Below are positions 41,424 to 55,100 of a stretch of DNA of 64,000 nt, piece after piece. Source of the DNA: Phoronis australis. Lineage: Eukaryota > Animalia > Phoronida. A program made the position numbers and the translations under genes. The DNA is taken from contig NMRA01000001.1 of NCBI GenBank assembly GCA_002633005.1, forward strand, positions 3,269,695-3,333,694, in the 5' to 3' direction. Numbering within the stretch: position 1 is the first letter of the stretch; every line of letters starts with the position of its first letter. The notes beneath the pieces are model-generated. The model was given only the letters and a program-made list of their open reading frames with translations. It was not told the DNA's origin and made no database searches.

Positions 41424-43417
41424 ATGGCTAATCGCGGCGGTTCTCCATACAAAGCTGGTCCGAAGGGCCGTAAGCGTCGTACCACAAACACAAGACACAA
41501 AGTAACAGACTTTGAGGATTGTTTGCCACCAGTGAAGAAAGCTAAAAAAGCCGGCCAGAGTCAAAAGGAATTCCTTGTGTGTAGTCAATGTGGATCCTGG
41601 AAGCTCTCGTTGTGTCGCGATACTTCTGAAGAAGACGTGCACAAACAAACTGCAGCGGCAACGCGAGTGCACCAACAACAACAATGCAAATGCTGTTCAA
41701 ACAGACGCGACTGTCCATGTTGTCGCAGACGAAAGCATGTAGTCCAACCCGTTGTTAGATGCGGCCATCACCATCGCGGCAAAAGGAGCCGTGGAGCTTC
41801 AGGAAGAAGATGCGTAGAACACGAGTGTGTTTCCAATATTTCTTACGAAAGTAGCATTTCATATGGGACGTCAGTCGAGACAAGCGAGAACGTAGAATGT
41901 ACTGCAAAAGAAGTAGTTGCTGAAGAATCTGCAGAAACGTGCATAAATCTGAAGAACAAACCCAAAAGAACACAGACGAAAAAACGACAGGCTAAGAAGA
42001 ACAGAAATTCAGAATCCGACAACCAAGCCTCAAGTGAGACATCTGGCAATGCTGAATTTAAAACCGTTGCAGCTGTGAAACCAAAAAGAAAAGTTGGTCG
42101 CCCCAAAAAAGTCGTAGAGGAGGAAGATGACGCATCAAAACCAGCCAGCACTGCGCAACCTAGAAAAGTTGGACGTCCTAAAAAATCCAAAAAACTCACG
42201 ACTTGTAATGAAAAACCAATTCAACAACTTGTTCAACTTCAAAACACACCAGCGATACCTACTGATGAAGAGAGTGTCGATCTTTTCGACATATTTTCGC
42301 GGGTGAGAAGATTAAAAATCATTCTTTTGGTAGCACAACGAATTTTGTTCTTTGTTCGTCAGGTTCTGCTTTTAAATTGCTAGTTATGTATCACATCTGT
42401 GTCTTTGCATTTCAGAACACACAACTCTTGCAGATTTGTCAGCAGCCCAAAACAAAGGAGGTTGAGAAAAAGAAAGAGCAACGCAGAAAGGCATATAAAA
42501 GGCGTGCGGCGGCTCGGAAAACTAAGAAGTCAAAGGCCAAGCCCAAAGAAACCGATGCCAACGACTCTAAAGTGGCTGCTACCCTCGTCGATGTTGCCAC
42601 ATGTACTGCGAACCAACAATCTTCCATAGAAAAGCCTTGCACAGAATTAACTGAAAACCAGGAAGCTTGCGTTTTCTTAAAGGGCTTTCAGACCATTAGC
42701 GGTGTATCTCCGGTGCCACGACCCCCAACTCCGATTTCGTTCCCGGCGAAAGTGTGCCACGTTTCACCCGTCGTAAGGTCTGTTGAACCACGTGAAACCA
42801 GTGACACGGCTACTGTGAATTCAGTCAGCGAAGACCAAGCTGGCGTTTTTCAAAGCGCAGTCACCCCAACAACTACTTCAGAAAGAATTGCTCGTCCGGA
42901 CAATGTTGAAGAGAAACATTCACTTCTATCATCACCAGTGGGAGGAAACGCGGCGTTGTCGGATGAAGCGTCTATCCAAGCGCCACAGGAGCGCACCACT
43001 CGTCGGTCTCCGAGGCTGGCTGGATCTGCCAGTAGCCCAGGTCAGCAAGCCCCACATAGAGCGTCACTATCGGAGGGAAGCGGCTTGTCAAATCAAAGAA
43101 TTGGATCACCAGTGGCGGTGGATGGGCTTCCTAACATTGAAACTGAAGAAGAAATATGCTACGAATTCGCCAATCAAATTTCAGGAGAGTTGTTGTTCCC
43201 AGACGCCGACACGAAATCCGATGCCTCCAGTTACGATCCGACGCCAACAACGAGTGAATGCGTGGAAGTTGATAAAAAATCCTCGAACGGCATGGACGAG
43301 GAGGGGTCACCTTCGTCTCGTAGTTGCCCCCAACAACCAATGTTAGAGTCGATGACGGAGAGAAGGGGTTATTGTTCTGAATCGCCTAAACTTGTAATGA
43401 GCATGAACTACATGTAA
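41424..43417 (+). CDS. Uncharacterised basic, Cys-rich protein with two AT-hook motifs (about 626 aa); exons 41424-42302 and 42416-43417
   Basis: Two long ORFs joined in frame by a 113-nt intron (CGG|GTGAGA ... TTTCAG|AAC). Contains KRKVGRPKK and PRKVGRPKK, CSQC, CKCCSNRRDCPCCRRRKH, and an S/T/P/E-rich tail. No family recognised. Confidence 0.75.
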
Positions 43418-45818
43418 ACTAAGCAACTATTCCATAGGGGAGTACACTCGATCTAGCGAATATTCTGATGATAGCTAATGCGCTACTGTAGAAAAGTCGT
43501 TTCAACTATTTGCATCAATAGTCAATATTAAATCGAAATAAATAGTACGAGCATAACGCTACTGTTTTCATTTTTGATAGGATGGTGTACACATAGGTAT
43601 TTGAATTAAGTTCTGTAAAGGTCTAAACTTGGAAAACGAAACGCATCCCACATCTGCGTTTTAGGTGAAAAACTTACTCGGTGTGTAAGGCAAAGTTAAA
43701 TTTTAGTGCGCAAAGCTCCAGCAGCAGGTACTTTCAATAAAACTTCCAACTTTCAAAACTCTAATGGAAATTTACCACGGGTCAAATTCTTTGGACTTCA
43801 AATACTTCAGTATCACCCACCGCGCATATAACCATGGATAAAGAGGGCGATTTCAATGCGCTGCGAATTAAAATTCACCACACGTGGACGTACATCTAAA
43901 CGACTGCGTCTGTTTCAACGTGTTTATTTCTAACCAATGCAAAGAATAAAAAATACAATATATGCCTAACCACATTTTCAGACATTAGCCAGCAAGCATT
44001 CACATAGTTTTCGCAACACTTTCACACTTGGTAGACTTAAACATTGAACAGTATAACAGACGAACGTTTAGCAGGGATACACCGAGTTTGAAAGTTAAAC
44101 GGACATTTCGCCGCTGTCAATGTTGAATTCTCAACCGAAGCGCTATGGGATTTAAAACATTACTATACTTATTAGATAGTGAATTGTCGAATCAGTCGGG
44201 AACTCAAGTCACAAGTAATGCGTACAAGAACCACCTTCAAATTCACAATTTCAGGTTTCATTTGGCCAACCGCAATAAACAAAGAAGCGTTTCCTCCAGT
44301 TACTGGTGGTTTCAACCTTCTTGATAAAGCAAATAAAATTCTATCAGGGTAAGGGATTTTAGAAGACCAACTTTATGACCGTGAGTGGCTTATAATTAAG
44401 TTTTCTTTTTGACATCTAAGTGGCGAGGGAATGCAGAATTAAGTTCCTTAAAATGGAATGAACACAAACCCGAAATTATGAACTGGAAATGTTTAATGGC
44501 AATGTAACTCAAATCTTTTACTTTTAAACATCCGCCAGTGAATTTCTGGGGATCAACACAAAGTTCATCATTGTATTTATGGTGAACACTGTTATCAAAC
44601 ACCACTGTTCACAATGAGCTAAAAATTATATTTTGTTACACAGCCTACCACTTGTATGAAAATTAGAAAGTTAGACAAGTTACAGCAAAATATTGGACCC
44701 TGAATAAAAACAGTATAAAACCTGATCCATTACTCAAAATAAGCTCCTGGGCTAATATACAAAAAACTGGTGTCATGAAATATTCATAAATATCAGAGAA
44801 TATCTACACACTCTTGTCACAAACACACACCAGACCAGTATAAACAACAATGGAATGACTGTTGAGTGATATCAATTATATCAAATGATATTTACAATGT
44901 AAAATGAGCAGGGAAGAAGGCAAGGAAACGTCAGTTTCACCAACAAGTGATTGTAAGAATTTGTAGGACCTAAATTTCACAACATCGCCATTTCATAACC
45001 ACATCATGTTCATTCTATTATGTTAGCCATCAATCATAGGCCCTGGCAGGACAGCATGGTTAAGAAGTATCAAGTTCCAGTTTACAAAAAATGAAACTTG
45101 TTGATCTGTCCTAGATATTACTGTACAGTCTTTACTAGAGATCCTACACTGTCACTGAACCATTGCACAATTATAAGTCCTAAAACATCGCAGGCAAACC
45201 CTAGGAAGTCTTGCAATCAAAAAGGCACTAAATTAAGTAGTCCCCATGTCAACACAGGACAATGAAAACACACAACACTTGCTGCACATACTTTTGATAG
45301 TGCAGGATGCTTCGGAGTCCATATGATCCGGTCTTTATTGTCAGTGTGAATGAGGCTTTGTTGAAAAACCACTGTACTTAAACAATTAAAACGGCAAAAA
45401 CTCTGCCTTCCGAGGAGAAGCTAAATTTTGACCAAGACCACTTACCACTACAAGATTAGTCTCATCTTGTTCCTCACTGAAATAACAAATGATTTTTGGT
45501 CTTGCAAAAAACGGACAGTTATTTATTCCACCAGATCGCGCCCAGTGAATAAAAATAACACCCTGCCACTAGTCAACTGGTAGAATCTGGTATAAGCCAA
45601 CAATAAACTGTCAGTTGCATCCAAGACAAGAAATCATACCTATTTTGACTACCAAACAATTTAAGATCAATTTCGTAACGGTAATTGATCTAAATACAAA
45701 ATTGGTTCTCAAAGGAAGGCGGGTTCATAGCCGTTATCAGAATCATAACTGTATATAAAAACTCCAGATTAAAAAATACACAAACCATTGGAATGCCTTG
45801 AAAATCTAACAAAATTGT

Positions 45819-45861
45819 TTCACAGATGCTAACTGTAGGGTTCACAGATGCTAACTGTAGG
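45819..45861. repeat. 22-bp direct tandem duplication in the probable Bark 3' UTR
   Basis: ttcacagatgctaactgtagg occurs twice in tandem. Confidence 0.85.
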
Positions 45862-46152
45862 AGTTAAAAAACATATTCACATATTCCAGCATAAATTTAC
45901 TTCATAACAAAAGCCCAACTCTTTACACACACTCAAAAGCACCTTGTTTAAGATTATAAGCACTATATCAAAATGCATTCAAAGCAAGTTTGTGCAAAAT
46001 GCAGCAAACTGAAAACAAGTGACTTGAATAAAAATTTTACAAACTTTGAAAACATAACCAAAGGTGTCATGACTGAGCACAAACCATTAGGACAGAACAG
46101 AAGTAAAAATTCAAAAAATTGTGACAATCGAAATGGCAAACAGAAGTTTGTT

Positions 46153-49100
46153 TTAAATTTCTGTCTCTATGACATTCGATTTTGAAGTTGCCACACTCGC
46201 ATCTGAAACGTAATCGTCAAGACTAGTCTCTTGCGGCTGCGACCTCGGTTGTGACAAGTCATCCAGACTTGTTTCCTTGTATTTTGGTGGTAATGTATTG
46301 TGTCTAATTTCATCTCCCGACGACATGGTCTCTGTCTCCCGAGATGGTAATGGTAGCGTGTTCTGATAGTCAGGATAGTCAAATCCTGCGTTCACATAGT
46401 GACTCTTAGGTTTCACTGGCTCCGATGGAGTCTGTTCTAAAGCCATAGGGTTAGCATACACCAGCCCCTGCTGAGAGGGCGCTGTATTACCTCTCAATCG
46501 AGCTGGAGGGGTATAGAATGAAGAGGGTTTGGTATGAATCTGGTCCTTAACGTTTGCGTAATGCGGTTTTGTCTTTGGAACAACCGTAGAAAGCTCCTCC
46601 ATAGATGAATGTTTGCCAAAGCTCGACAATGAACTGGGTGGTGGTTTTTCATCATCGTCTACGGAAGTGAATGTTTCTTGACTTGCTTTCCACGTGGGTC
46701 TAACTTTGAGAGTGCTCTCTCTACTCTGGCTCTGATCGAAGGAATCCTCATAGCCTCGATTCTCAAACACCATGTCGTACTGCGGACGCGCCGATATGTT
46801 GGGAATCTCATTCTCCAATCTCGGCGGATGCTTAGAGTCTTCTAGTGTATTGTTGAAAGAGCTGAACTTACTGGGATAGTCTATCGTGGAATCTAGTGTG
46901 CTCGGCGGAGGCACCTTCTTCTCTTCAATTGAATCCGTTGTCTCATCCAAGGTAGTGCCACTGATGTTGTATCGGTTAGACGGCGGGGGACGAAGCGCAC
47001 GCCGGCCATTCATGCCGTTGATCTCGCTGATCTCCGTCAGCTGGTCACGGCTGGCGCGACTCATCTGCGATCGCATTGACCGGCTAGAGCGAATAGATGC
47101 ACGGATAGAGTTTCTCCTCTCCAACCGCTGTACTTTCCTTTGTCGCGACTTGATAACCCAGCAGATGAGAATGAACAACAACAGTAAAAAGCCAGCACCA
47201 CAGCAACCGCTGATGAGAGCAACCAGTCTCCAGTCGAGGGGTTGTGACACGCCATAAGGATCTGAAATGAAAGTATAGAAACACTAAGTCATTGTAAGAA
47301 AAACACGTGCACTATAAGAACAATGGCCGAACCCTTTCAAAATGTTTTTTTATTACCTTCTGACATTAAGCTACGGACATTTGACCTGCTGTATGTTAAA
47401 GATGCATGGAACGCGAAAGCTCGTCAAAAATATCTTAAAAAATTCCTGACAAAAGTACCATCTCGCAACGTCTAGTACAGAGTAATTCACTTTCCCCTTT
47501 GAGGAAATTTCCAGAAAAATCACAAAATTCACGATTTTTGAAATATGTGCAATGGCTACCACAGAGTTTCTAATCTCCCTCCCATTTATGATGAATGCGC
47601 CTATGCACTCAGTCAGTTGCTTGAAATTGTTTGAGGTCAAAGGTCACATTTTCCATATAAGGAAAATGTGCTACGTCTATGTCTTGCCATGTCAAATAAG
47701 GAGACGTGCTTTGCCTTGTGCGAGAAAGATCGACGACATGGCGAGCAGATGACAGATCGTTTTTTGAAATTTGAAACTAAAAGAAAATGCTTTGATATCA
47801 ACAGAAACAAACCCTAAAAACAACTGGTGAGCAGGTTGAATTCTGTTTCAGTGGCAGAGAATCACTTTCAATGTTGCAACTTAGTATGTTTATCGTCTTC
47901 TAGGCCTCTTTAAAAGATTCTCAAATGGAATTCCCCAAATCTAACTGCCAAATTTATGTGTAGTTTTATGACCCTCACTCATTTTCCACATTGATGTTGT
48001 CGTGACCTGGATATCAACTTACCATGTTCACATATGAATGGTAAATTCATGGTGCACTCTTCCTCAAAGTACCTTTCATTGCGTACTACTGAACACAGAC
48101 CCGGATTTTTCTTCTGTCCATAACGAATCCAGGCACCAAATGAGCGGTCATAATCCCCCTGTTGGTGCTTCATGGCAAGGGTCAAGTTGAACAGTCGGTC
48201 CAAGCCAAATGCCAGTGTGGCATTTTCAAACTGTAAAATCAATAATTTTTAACATTTACACACCACTAAATGACCAAAGAATGTGACAACAATTGTTTAA
48301 TGTAGGACATTGACATTTAACCTTTTCAACAAAAAGATAAATCTTTCATAATTTTAACAACCACTGACACAGACCAAACTATTTTTTAAATTTATGGAGA
48401 CGAACATAAGTCGACTAATATGAAGAAAAAAAATCAACTTCCAAGGCGTAAAATCAAGAATTAAATTAACTACTCATAATCAGGTCACTCAGTACAGCAG
48501 GACTAAGTATGGTTTCAACAAACACAAACTGTATTATTCAGTTACTGCATTTTATATCATATTTTTCAGACATTAAGTTTAATGGTGAACTTTGAAAAAG
48601 ATGACAAAAACACCTCCTTGATGTTGCAATCAGTTGAAAAATGACAAGAGGTTACACATCAAACCCTGAACTCTTGTATCTCTCATAAAAACTAAATGAT
48701 CTGCTCACATGTCATCCACTTTGCCTACTTGTCAGCAGAAAACAATATTTCCCGGTTGATGTCTTTATCTCTCAAAGTTGTCAAAAAAGCATCAGTTGGT
48801 AATCAACAAAAATGCTCGTTTCTGCAAAAATGCATGCAGACAGCTTTTATGGGTTTACCTTATACAGAAAATATTAGTCTCTTTATAAGACCTTTTGTAA
48901 TCTGTATTAGTTTTCAACACACAAGTAATGGAGGTCATAGGACTACTCAAAATGGAGTAGGACACAGATAGTCGCACATGAGTCTGTCTGCAGTTTCATA
49001 ATACCTTGCTCATATACTTACAGCACATGCCTCAACTGCCTCTTGGTAGGTGACTGTTCCACCAAACAGCAGGTAACAGCGATTTTCATACCTGGCCCAA

Positions 49101-52100
49101 CCTGGTCGACATTTACCTGAACATAAAATAGAACCAAGTGTTGCATGATTTAAGAATTACAGCAGGCAGAATTCTAAAAACAACAACGTGCAGCCCCACA
49201 CACGGCCGTGGTGTTTCAAATGCGACCACTAGTAATTTCAAGCTAGGTTATGGACTGTGATACAATGCCATCAGGGGGGCAAACCGACTCTATGATAAGA
49301 CACAGATCAATAGGGTTGGACCTGAACATGTAGACCTGATCAATGTAAATTGGATGGTAGGACAGTTTACGAGTCTTTTTGTGGAACCCATCGCATGAAT
49401 GCAAAAATTGCGGAAATATGAGCTGTGTTAACTTAAGTGACTAAAAATTTTGCCGAAAAAATATCAGAGAACTTGAGAGAAGACTTTCATGAAAAACAGT
49501 ATTTATGGATTTATTAAGACAATGTAATTGGACCCACAGCCATTGCAGCACTGGCAGTGACATCTATTGTCCATTCATGGAACACATACCATCCAGTACA
49601 CTTGAGTTGCTGGTGAAGAATGGCTTGAAGTCAACTGGTACAAGATACTCCCAGTCATTGGTCCGGTCATAGATCTTGCCAGCGACAAACCTCTCATTGG
49701 GAGGGCGCCACCATTCTGACTGACCCCACCAGTTGCGCTGGGCTTTCACCGAATAATGGGGCTCTAAATATCTGGAAAATACAACACAAAATCTCAAAAC
49801 AGGGATATGAACTTCACCAGGACAATCTCTGAGTCCCAAATACTTACAATACGGGATTTGGATCATATGTTTTCAGAAGTCTTATCACAAAGCAAACAAA
49901 ACAACACTACCACGGCCATATAGTGCCTTTTGTTTGGAGCAAAAAATTACAAGATCTCGAGAACCTGCTTGCTTACCAAAACACTAACTCATCTACCTAG
50001 AACACAGGACTCCACGATGATTGTCAGACAATAGAAAACCAATTGTTTCTTAAATCACATCTGCATTCGGCAGAACAAGGAAGATCAGAATTCCATAGAT
50101 AAAAGACACTTGGAAAGCACAAGGGGCGAAAAATCTCCACTTATGACATGGACACTAGGAATTCAGACCCATACCCTAGCATCCTAACCTCCCTGACCAA
50201 TCACTTAAGTGGCTGCCTTCTCATATCACTAGTATATACAAGTAAGGAACACAGCGTACTGGTAAAACACTAACCTTCCACTTGCATGATTTTACGTAGT
50301 GTTGCATAATCGCAACTTTTGTGCATCAACAGAAAACACATTAATTTTATTTAAGTCGGAAGGACACGGAAACATCTGGGTAGTAGCATATACATGGACA
50401 CATACCTTCTAGATCGGTTGTGCGTGGTCAGTTCCAGAGCATTCAGCCAGTTTTCGATAAAATTCTCGTGAATCTCAATATGGGGTGATCGAGCGTAAAT
50501 TGTGGTCTGGAAATGTTCACCACCAGAGGCCGTGTTGTTATGAATGCCATTGTAGACTATGTACTGACGTTTGGCCAGCTCGTAAATGCCTTGAATGTCA
50601 ATGATATGCGCTCCCGTATTATTTACCACCACGTTGTTACTGAAATTGAGGCTAATGTTTCTGAACACGATGCTGTCACGGTAGATCACGTAATTGTGGG
50701 CAATGTAATTCCTCTTGACATCAACTTTCTCGTATAAATCACCCTCGATGGTAAGTGCCGGTCCATTGTGGGTAAACATAAACAAATTATTAGTCAAATT
50801 CTTCGGATATGCCGTCTTCAGCGAGGCAGCGTATGTCTGGATTAAAACACCGCCCTTATTCTTGAAGATGTAATTATTTGACAGCGTTGATTCTCGGGTG
50901 TTTTGAATGTTCAAATAAATGTTTGGATATGATGTCAAATTCATAAATGCCACGCCATTTTCGTAGATCTTGCTCGCTCTTATGGAAACCGCCGGATTGG
51001 CCTCGCCAACGTTCATGTACATAATAGCTCCGCCTTGATTCTGCGTGATATCACAGCCCTGAACCTTGTGTTGGACGCCAGTATCTGAAACATAATGTTG
51101 GTTATTAGTAAACAGTGAGTCATCCACAACTATTTAGTGCGCATTATGGCTGACAAGTGAAATTCTAATTTGTTAAGCACGTGTTCAGCCTATTACAAGC
51201 ATGGGTTGTAGACTTTAGGTGTCATAGAAAAACACTGTTTAGGTTCCAATTATTTGCAACACGGGAACCAGCTATTAGCAAATGGAAAAATGACCATTCT
51301 GGTAATTATTTTTGTGCGAAATAACTATAGAATTACCGCAGCCAACTTATTGATGGGTTTGATCACTTGGGAGGGGCATCTTTACAGTCTGGACAGTGCT
51401 ACACTGAAGTTCACATGCACTTAATGTTCCAGGGTGATTAATATTTAATGTTACGACAAGAATTACTTTGGCAGGTCAAAATAGCCAACTTCAAAGCAAG
51501 TTAAATAAGAATGACGTGGTTTATTCAACAAAAATAACACCTTATTATGTCATTCCGACCATAGTACAATTACAAAAACAAACACTTGGCTAATTTCACG
51601 TTCCATTTCTTGTGATCACCACAAAATTACATGAAAACATTCGGCACTTGAAATTGATTGAAATGGGATGACCAATCATAAGAAGACCTCTCTAGCTTCA
51701 CCGAACAAAACCTTTTGTTGGCACTGTATAATAGCCCTCAAACGAGATTTAAACAAATTGTTTTTTCAACATACTGTAGTTGCAATATTAATCGCACCTG
51801 CTGAACTGGTATAAGAGCTGCGACTTATTATGGACAAAAGGTTTTGTAGAGTCTCGCTAAAAGCTACCTGTGTAAAACAGTTGAGCATATTCTTTTTGAT
51901 CTCAGGAGGAGGAAAAACATAACGATGCTCAAACTTATCACAAGTTCCGTCCATAAAGTAAATCATTTTTAACACATAAATATTTTTTAAATAAGCAGAA
52001 TCTGTTCACTGTGTTTAAATTTTTCAAATGTAAGAAGCAAGGTTACAGTTGTCAGATCAAAATCTTAGTATAAACCCTACACAAAGTTTTCCTACCTTGT

Positions 52101-55100
52101 GCCAGAGGTATAGTGACAATCTCTGCTATAAACCCATACATCGGGGGTCCCGGTGAGGCATGCATGTGGATACTCAACACAGACTTCTCCTTTGAGCTCT
52201 CGTATTTCGTCTTCAGAATTTCTCTCGTGGCATTACTGTCGATGGTCGCTAGTCGATACTCGTGGTCAAAATAGTCCCCATCAAAGACTTCAATGGAATT
52301 CCTTTCAAACCTGTCCTGAAACAAGTTCACTTGTAGGAATCGGAGAATGACACTCTTGGCTTGGACGCGGCTTCGAATCACTTTGACGCAATCGACTGAG
52401 GCGTATTCGTACTTATAATAGAGTAGGATCCTATCTTGGACGTAGACGTCTTTTTCAGCATCACACATGCGTACAAGCCCAAACAGATTGTGAGGGATGA
52501 TGCTGTTATTGAGTGGTTCAAACGAAGAGATGGGCTGGTGACCAGATTCACCGTTCAAGCCTAGGACACCAACTCCATAACCAATGTTGTTCCACAGCCG
52601 ACTGTTGTAGACAGCGATGCCAGATCGAGGTGACACAAAATCAAAACCATTCGAGGCACAATTTTTTATTTCTACATTATTAGTGACTGGTGTCTGATAC
52701 ACAGCTTGCACGGCGGCAATTTTCTCTCCATGTAGGATTCCTGCACCCTCAATGTCGATGTATTCCAGCACTGAAAGTCCTCCGTTTTTCATGTCCGATT
52801 CATAGTCAGGGGAAGAAAACCTGATATTTCCCCAGTATTCGTAGTCTTGCCCAAGGTTTCTCTCGCCACATCGAATGAAGACAAAGTTCTCCTGTTCACT
52901 GCACGTTTTCATGTGGTAGTTAATTGGACTGTTGCACTGTTCAATTGAAGTCTCCGTTCCAGAGCACTGAACAGATCGGTGCCAAACAAACTTTTCTCGG
53001 AAGAACCTGTTACCGTAATAACGGTACTCAAATAAGTCTGTGAAACGGACATGGACATTGGTTCTCTCCATGCCGAGGTCGGTACAGAAAACCTCTGCTG
53101 TCTTGTCATTGAAATACGGGTCGCAGATTAAACTCCATTGTTTATTTGTTTCATTGAGAAGCTGCAAAAACCCCTCGTTAGGATAATCTCCCCCCACCAA
53201 ACGCATCGATGGCACGTCACGCTTTACTTTCTTCACAGAACTGGTACTGGGCTTTTTCATTGGACCGAACCGTATTCTCTCAAACTCTCTGCCTCTAGCT
53301 ATCATGTTTCCCAGAACAAGAATACCAATGTTAGGACGAAAGAGAACTTCCACCTTAGGTTCGATAACTAGGGTAACCCCAGGCAACACAGTGACATCAG
53401 ATTCGACTTCATATGGACGATCCCTCTTTGGAATAACAGTGTCACGTGATATTCTACCTCGCCATGGTTTGTTGATATCAAACTGGAGTTCCTCCACAGC
53501 GCCTTTGAAAATGTCTGCACTGAAACTGTTGGAAAGTAAATATGGAATAAATCGAGCTATTCCATAGTTGTTCCAGTCGTCAAAGTCAAAGATTCTCTCC
53601 CTGATGGTCGACTGTGTACTGGTACCCCACCAGTTTAATGTGACGTTCAAGTAACTGTAGAGATGTGAAGATGGCTGGTCAGCAATGAGCTCATACTCTA
53701 GGTCAGGGTTACCAAATAAATTATGATAAAGAGTGACATTAGACACGCCCCTTATGGCAACTGCATAACTTTGTGGCTCATACGCTACCGTTGGAGTCAC
53801 CGTTCCAGGAAAATACTGATTGTTCTGAATAGTATTCAAGAAAATGTAACTATCATTGATTTTAGAAAACTCAGCGTGACTTCGGATGTCAAACTCCATA
53901 ACATATCTACCGATGTTGTCCGTCAGGGAATTTTCTGTAAAGTTCATGTACTTTTCCATACCAGCAATACGTATCAGTCCGTTCTTGCATTTGTTCCTTC
54001 TGAATATGTTATGAGCAATAGTCAAGTTAGTATAAAACCCGAGCACAGCAAACTCAAACCCTTCATTGTCTTCAAACAGTGTGTAGTTCACGACTACACT
54101 GTGATTCAAGCTGACAAACTTCGTCTTATCCAAACTGATATCCAGATCATAAACCACACTGGGAACTTTGGGCAATTCAATGCCAAAACCACCACCTTTA
54201 TTCCGAGTCACCTTATTGCTCAAGAAATGCCATGTCCAAAAGGTGTTAGCAAACCGCACGTGATTATGCTCGGCCAGAACGCCTTTCCCGTTCTCATAAA
54301 TTTCGCACAGTCGCACTGTGTAGTTGACGTGTCCCACTCTCTTGACTTCAATGACCTCGTCGATGGACGGCATAAACTCCTCGTGGTATTTCGTGAGACT
54401 TGGCACATACATTGCTTCTTGTTTGTTGTTGTGAATCTTGACCCGGTCAAGCGTGATCGCCTCATTCTTATAGCGAACGAACAGGTTAAGTCGCTCATTG
54501 GACGGGCTGTTATAGTGAATCGTCTGCATACCTCGCTCGTTGTTCTTCATCTCTGACTTATGCATCTGAATGGTTGCATTTGGATGGGGTTTCGTGAACC
54601 AGTCTGAAAATAACACACGCATGTATAAAGATAAGAGTGCTGACAAAACATAAGGGTCATAACTAGGAGACAAGATTTACAACATTACGTTACTCAAATA
54701 AAAACTAGAAAAATTGACTTGAGCTAAGAAAAGTCAAAGCATACCATTGCAAATTGTCTGCATGAACATACCCAGTGGCCAGCAGACCCTTGACTATTAT
54801 ACACTAGGACCCCTATTTCACATGTTCGACTTTATCATTTGGTAGCAAAAACTGCAGTTACTTACAAGCATGCATCACAAGTGACAGACGTCCTGTTCGC
54901 TGACCTTTGACCCTATACTCCATTGTCAGCTTATCATTTACTGACACAAGAGGAAAGTCCACAAGGTCATCCTCAATGTCATACTTGCGCGTAGTCCCTT
55001 TTATGGCATCATCTTTCTTGCCGAGATGAAAAATAACTTTCTCTGTGGCAGTGTCAGGGTTGTAATCTAAAATCATGACAGTGAGTCGATACCTCGTGTT

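Noticed and set aside
43900-43960. Opposed AATAAA signals suggesting overlapping 3' ends of the AT-hook gene and Bark
   Set aside because: Several alternative AATAAA hexamers exist in this AT-rich interval, so the ends cannot be assigned without 3'-end data.
53723-54556. 277-aa plus-strand ORF (also 57469-58125, 50513-50737, 46886-47257)
   Set aside because: Antisense shadows of long Bark exons with no independent protein features.
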